Assembly: GCF_964355755.1 (NCBI RefSeq)
Contig: NC_092673.1
Location: 33,477,648 to 33,541,647, forward strand
Direction of reading: 5' to 3'
DNA: 64,000 nucleotides
Source of the DNA: Antedon mediterranea
Lineage: Eukaryota > Animalia > Echinodermata
Under the pieces are notes generated by a model, which saw only the letters and a program-made list of their open reading frames with translations, made no database searches and was not told where the DNA came from. Of the stretch, positions 62,737-64,000 are shown one piece after another (the first letter of the stretch is position 1; each line of letters starts with the position of its first letter). A program made the position numbers and the translations under genes.

Positions 62737-63574
62737 CTAGGCTAGTTTCCTTTTGCACCTGCCTTGTACGTATTTTAACCAACTTTATCTTGAATACCAC
62801 AGCTTAGAATTAGTAGGCCTACTTTAATAAAGAAAAATCACATAAAAGTAACAATAAATCCATTAAATTGGTGATTTTACAGACGTTTTTCTCGCATTTC
62901 GCACACTCAATGTTCAATATTTTGGTTTCTATGGAACGCCAAAAGAGCAAAATTAATTAGAGGGCTAAAAACTCTGTGGAATCCATTTATATTTAACGCA
63001 TTATTTGGTGAAAATCAAGTACAATTTCAATAGATTTTGTCACTGTCAGTAAGGAAAAATGTTACTGTTGATAATGTACACGGTTTCGTTAACCTTTTAA
63101 AGAATAAAATAGAAAAATTCATCATAATATCCTTAGTAGGATGTCCTAGGTCTAGACTAGGTAGTGATGTTGATTTAGGATCGATTATTATTCTTTGAAA
63201 ACAGAACAGTATCAGCAGTAACATATTACAACATTTTTATTGACAAATTAACAAATATATTGAAATAAAACGTGTTTTTCACCAATAAATGCATGATAAA
63301 TTGACGCATTCCACTGAGTTTTAGTCCTCTATTATCGTTGCTCTTTTGGCGCTCTAGAAACAAAAATATTGAACATTGAATTAGTGAAATTCGCGAACAG
63401 TGTGCGAGAAACACGCCTGTAAAATCATTAATTTAAGGATTTATTTGTTACTTTTTATGTGATTCTTTCATTAAAGTACTCATGAGGTATACTTCTAAAG
63501 GTGTGGTATTCACACGATAAAGTTAGTGATTTATCAAATTTGGAGTAAAAATACAAGCGAAGGAAACTAGCGCC
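62737..63574. mobile_element. Foldback-like element with long diverged inverted arms, related to 33572-34211
   Basis: GCTAGTTTCCTT...AAGGAAACTAGC termini; ~62780-63080 is a diverged inverted copy of ~63230-63545. Confidence 0.7.
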
Positions 63575-64000
63575 AGGTTTATTAGTACGTACATGGACAA
63601 CAATAAATAAAAATCGTTCGTAATGTACCTAGCTTACTAAAACAGGAATAGTGTATCATTATTAAATATTACACCAATTATTATTTTATCAAAATTGATT
63701 AAATTATTTTCTACATAGGCCTCTTATCTAGGTTAGGGCTAAGCATATTAGCTAAAGTTTAATTTTAGGCCTAGTATTACAAGTCTTTTTTCACACGCGC
63801 TCCAGAATTCTGTCGCAATTTTTTTCTTTGCGGCATGTTATTGGATCGGCATATCAGTTACCTTTTATTCACCGCCAGTTATTGAACTTGTCCTGGCAAT
63901 CGCTGTTCACCTTATTTGCGAGAGAGGTACACGTGTTGTTCCTAGAGAATGGAATGTCAACAATGTCTTTGGCACGCCGCTCAGAGAGAAGTCTGTGCGT

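Noticed and set aside
63783-64000. Stop-poor GC-richer segment at the window end
   Set aside because: Open in several frames and possibly the end of a minus-strand gene, but truncated by the window and without a recognisable motif.

Overview
AT-rich animal genomic DNA with GT-AG introns, probably a marine invertebrate deuterostome (inferred from Deu/Nin-domain SINEs and gene content; the species cannot be determined). Most of the supplied ORFs are intronic noise, repeat artefacts or single exons, so gene models were spliced by hand. Left to right: (1) a minus-strand tandem cluster of secreted ~200-aa proteins (two complete 5-exon genes at 1341-4261 and 10066-14510, plus exons 4-5 of a third at 20011-20664) whose intron phases (1,0,0,0), exon sizes and amphipathic segments match vertebrate IL-6/IL-11-type long-chain four-helix cytokines; (2) a frequenin/NCS-1-like gene with a degenerate EF-hand 4; (3) a 60-aa single-TM microprotein gene possibly co-transcribed with it; (4) NELF-E, head-to-head with the microprotein gene; (5) five tandem two-exon paralogues of an unrecognised secreted protein with a two-Cys core domain; (6) an NFKBIL1-like gene and a decayed partial copy of it. 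NELFE and NFKBIL1 are both human MHC class III genes and NCS1 lies in the 9q34 MHC paralogon, so this looks like a proto-MHC segment carrying a candidate invertebrate IL-6-family cytokine cluster. The rest is MITEs, SINEs, truncated LINEs and minisatellites. No CRISPR, rRNA or intact tRNA genes were found.
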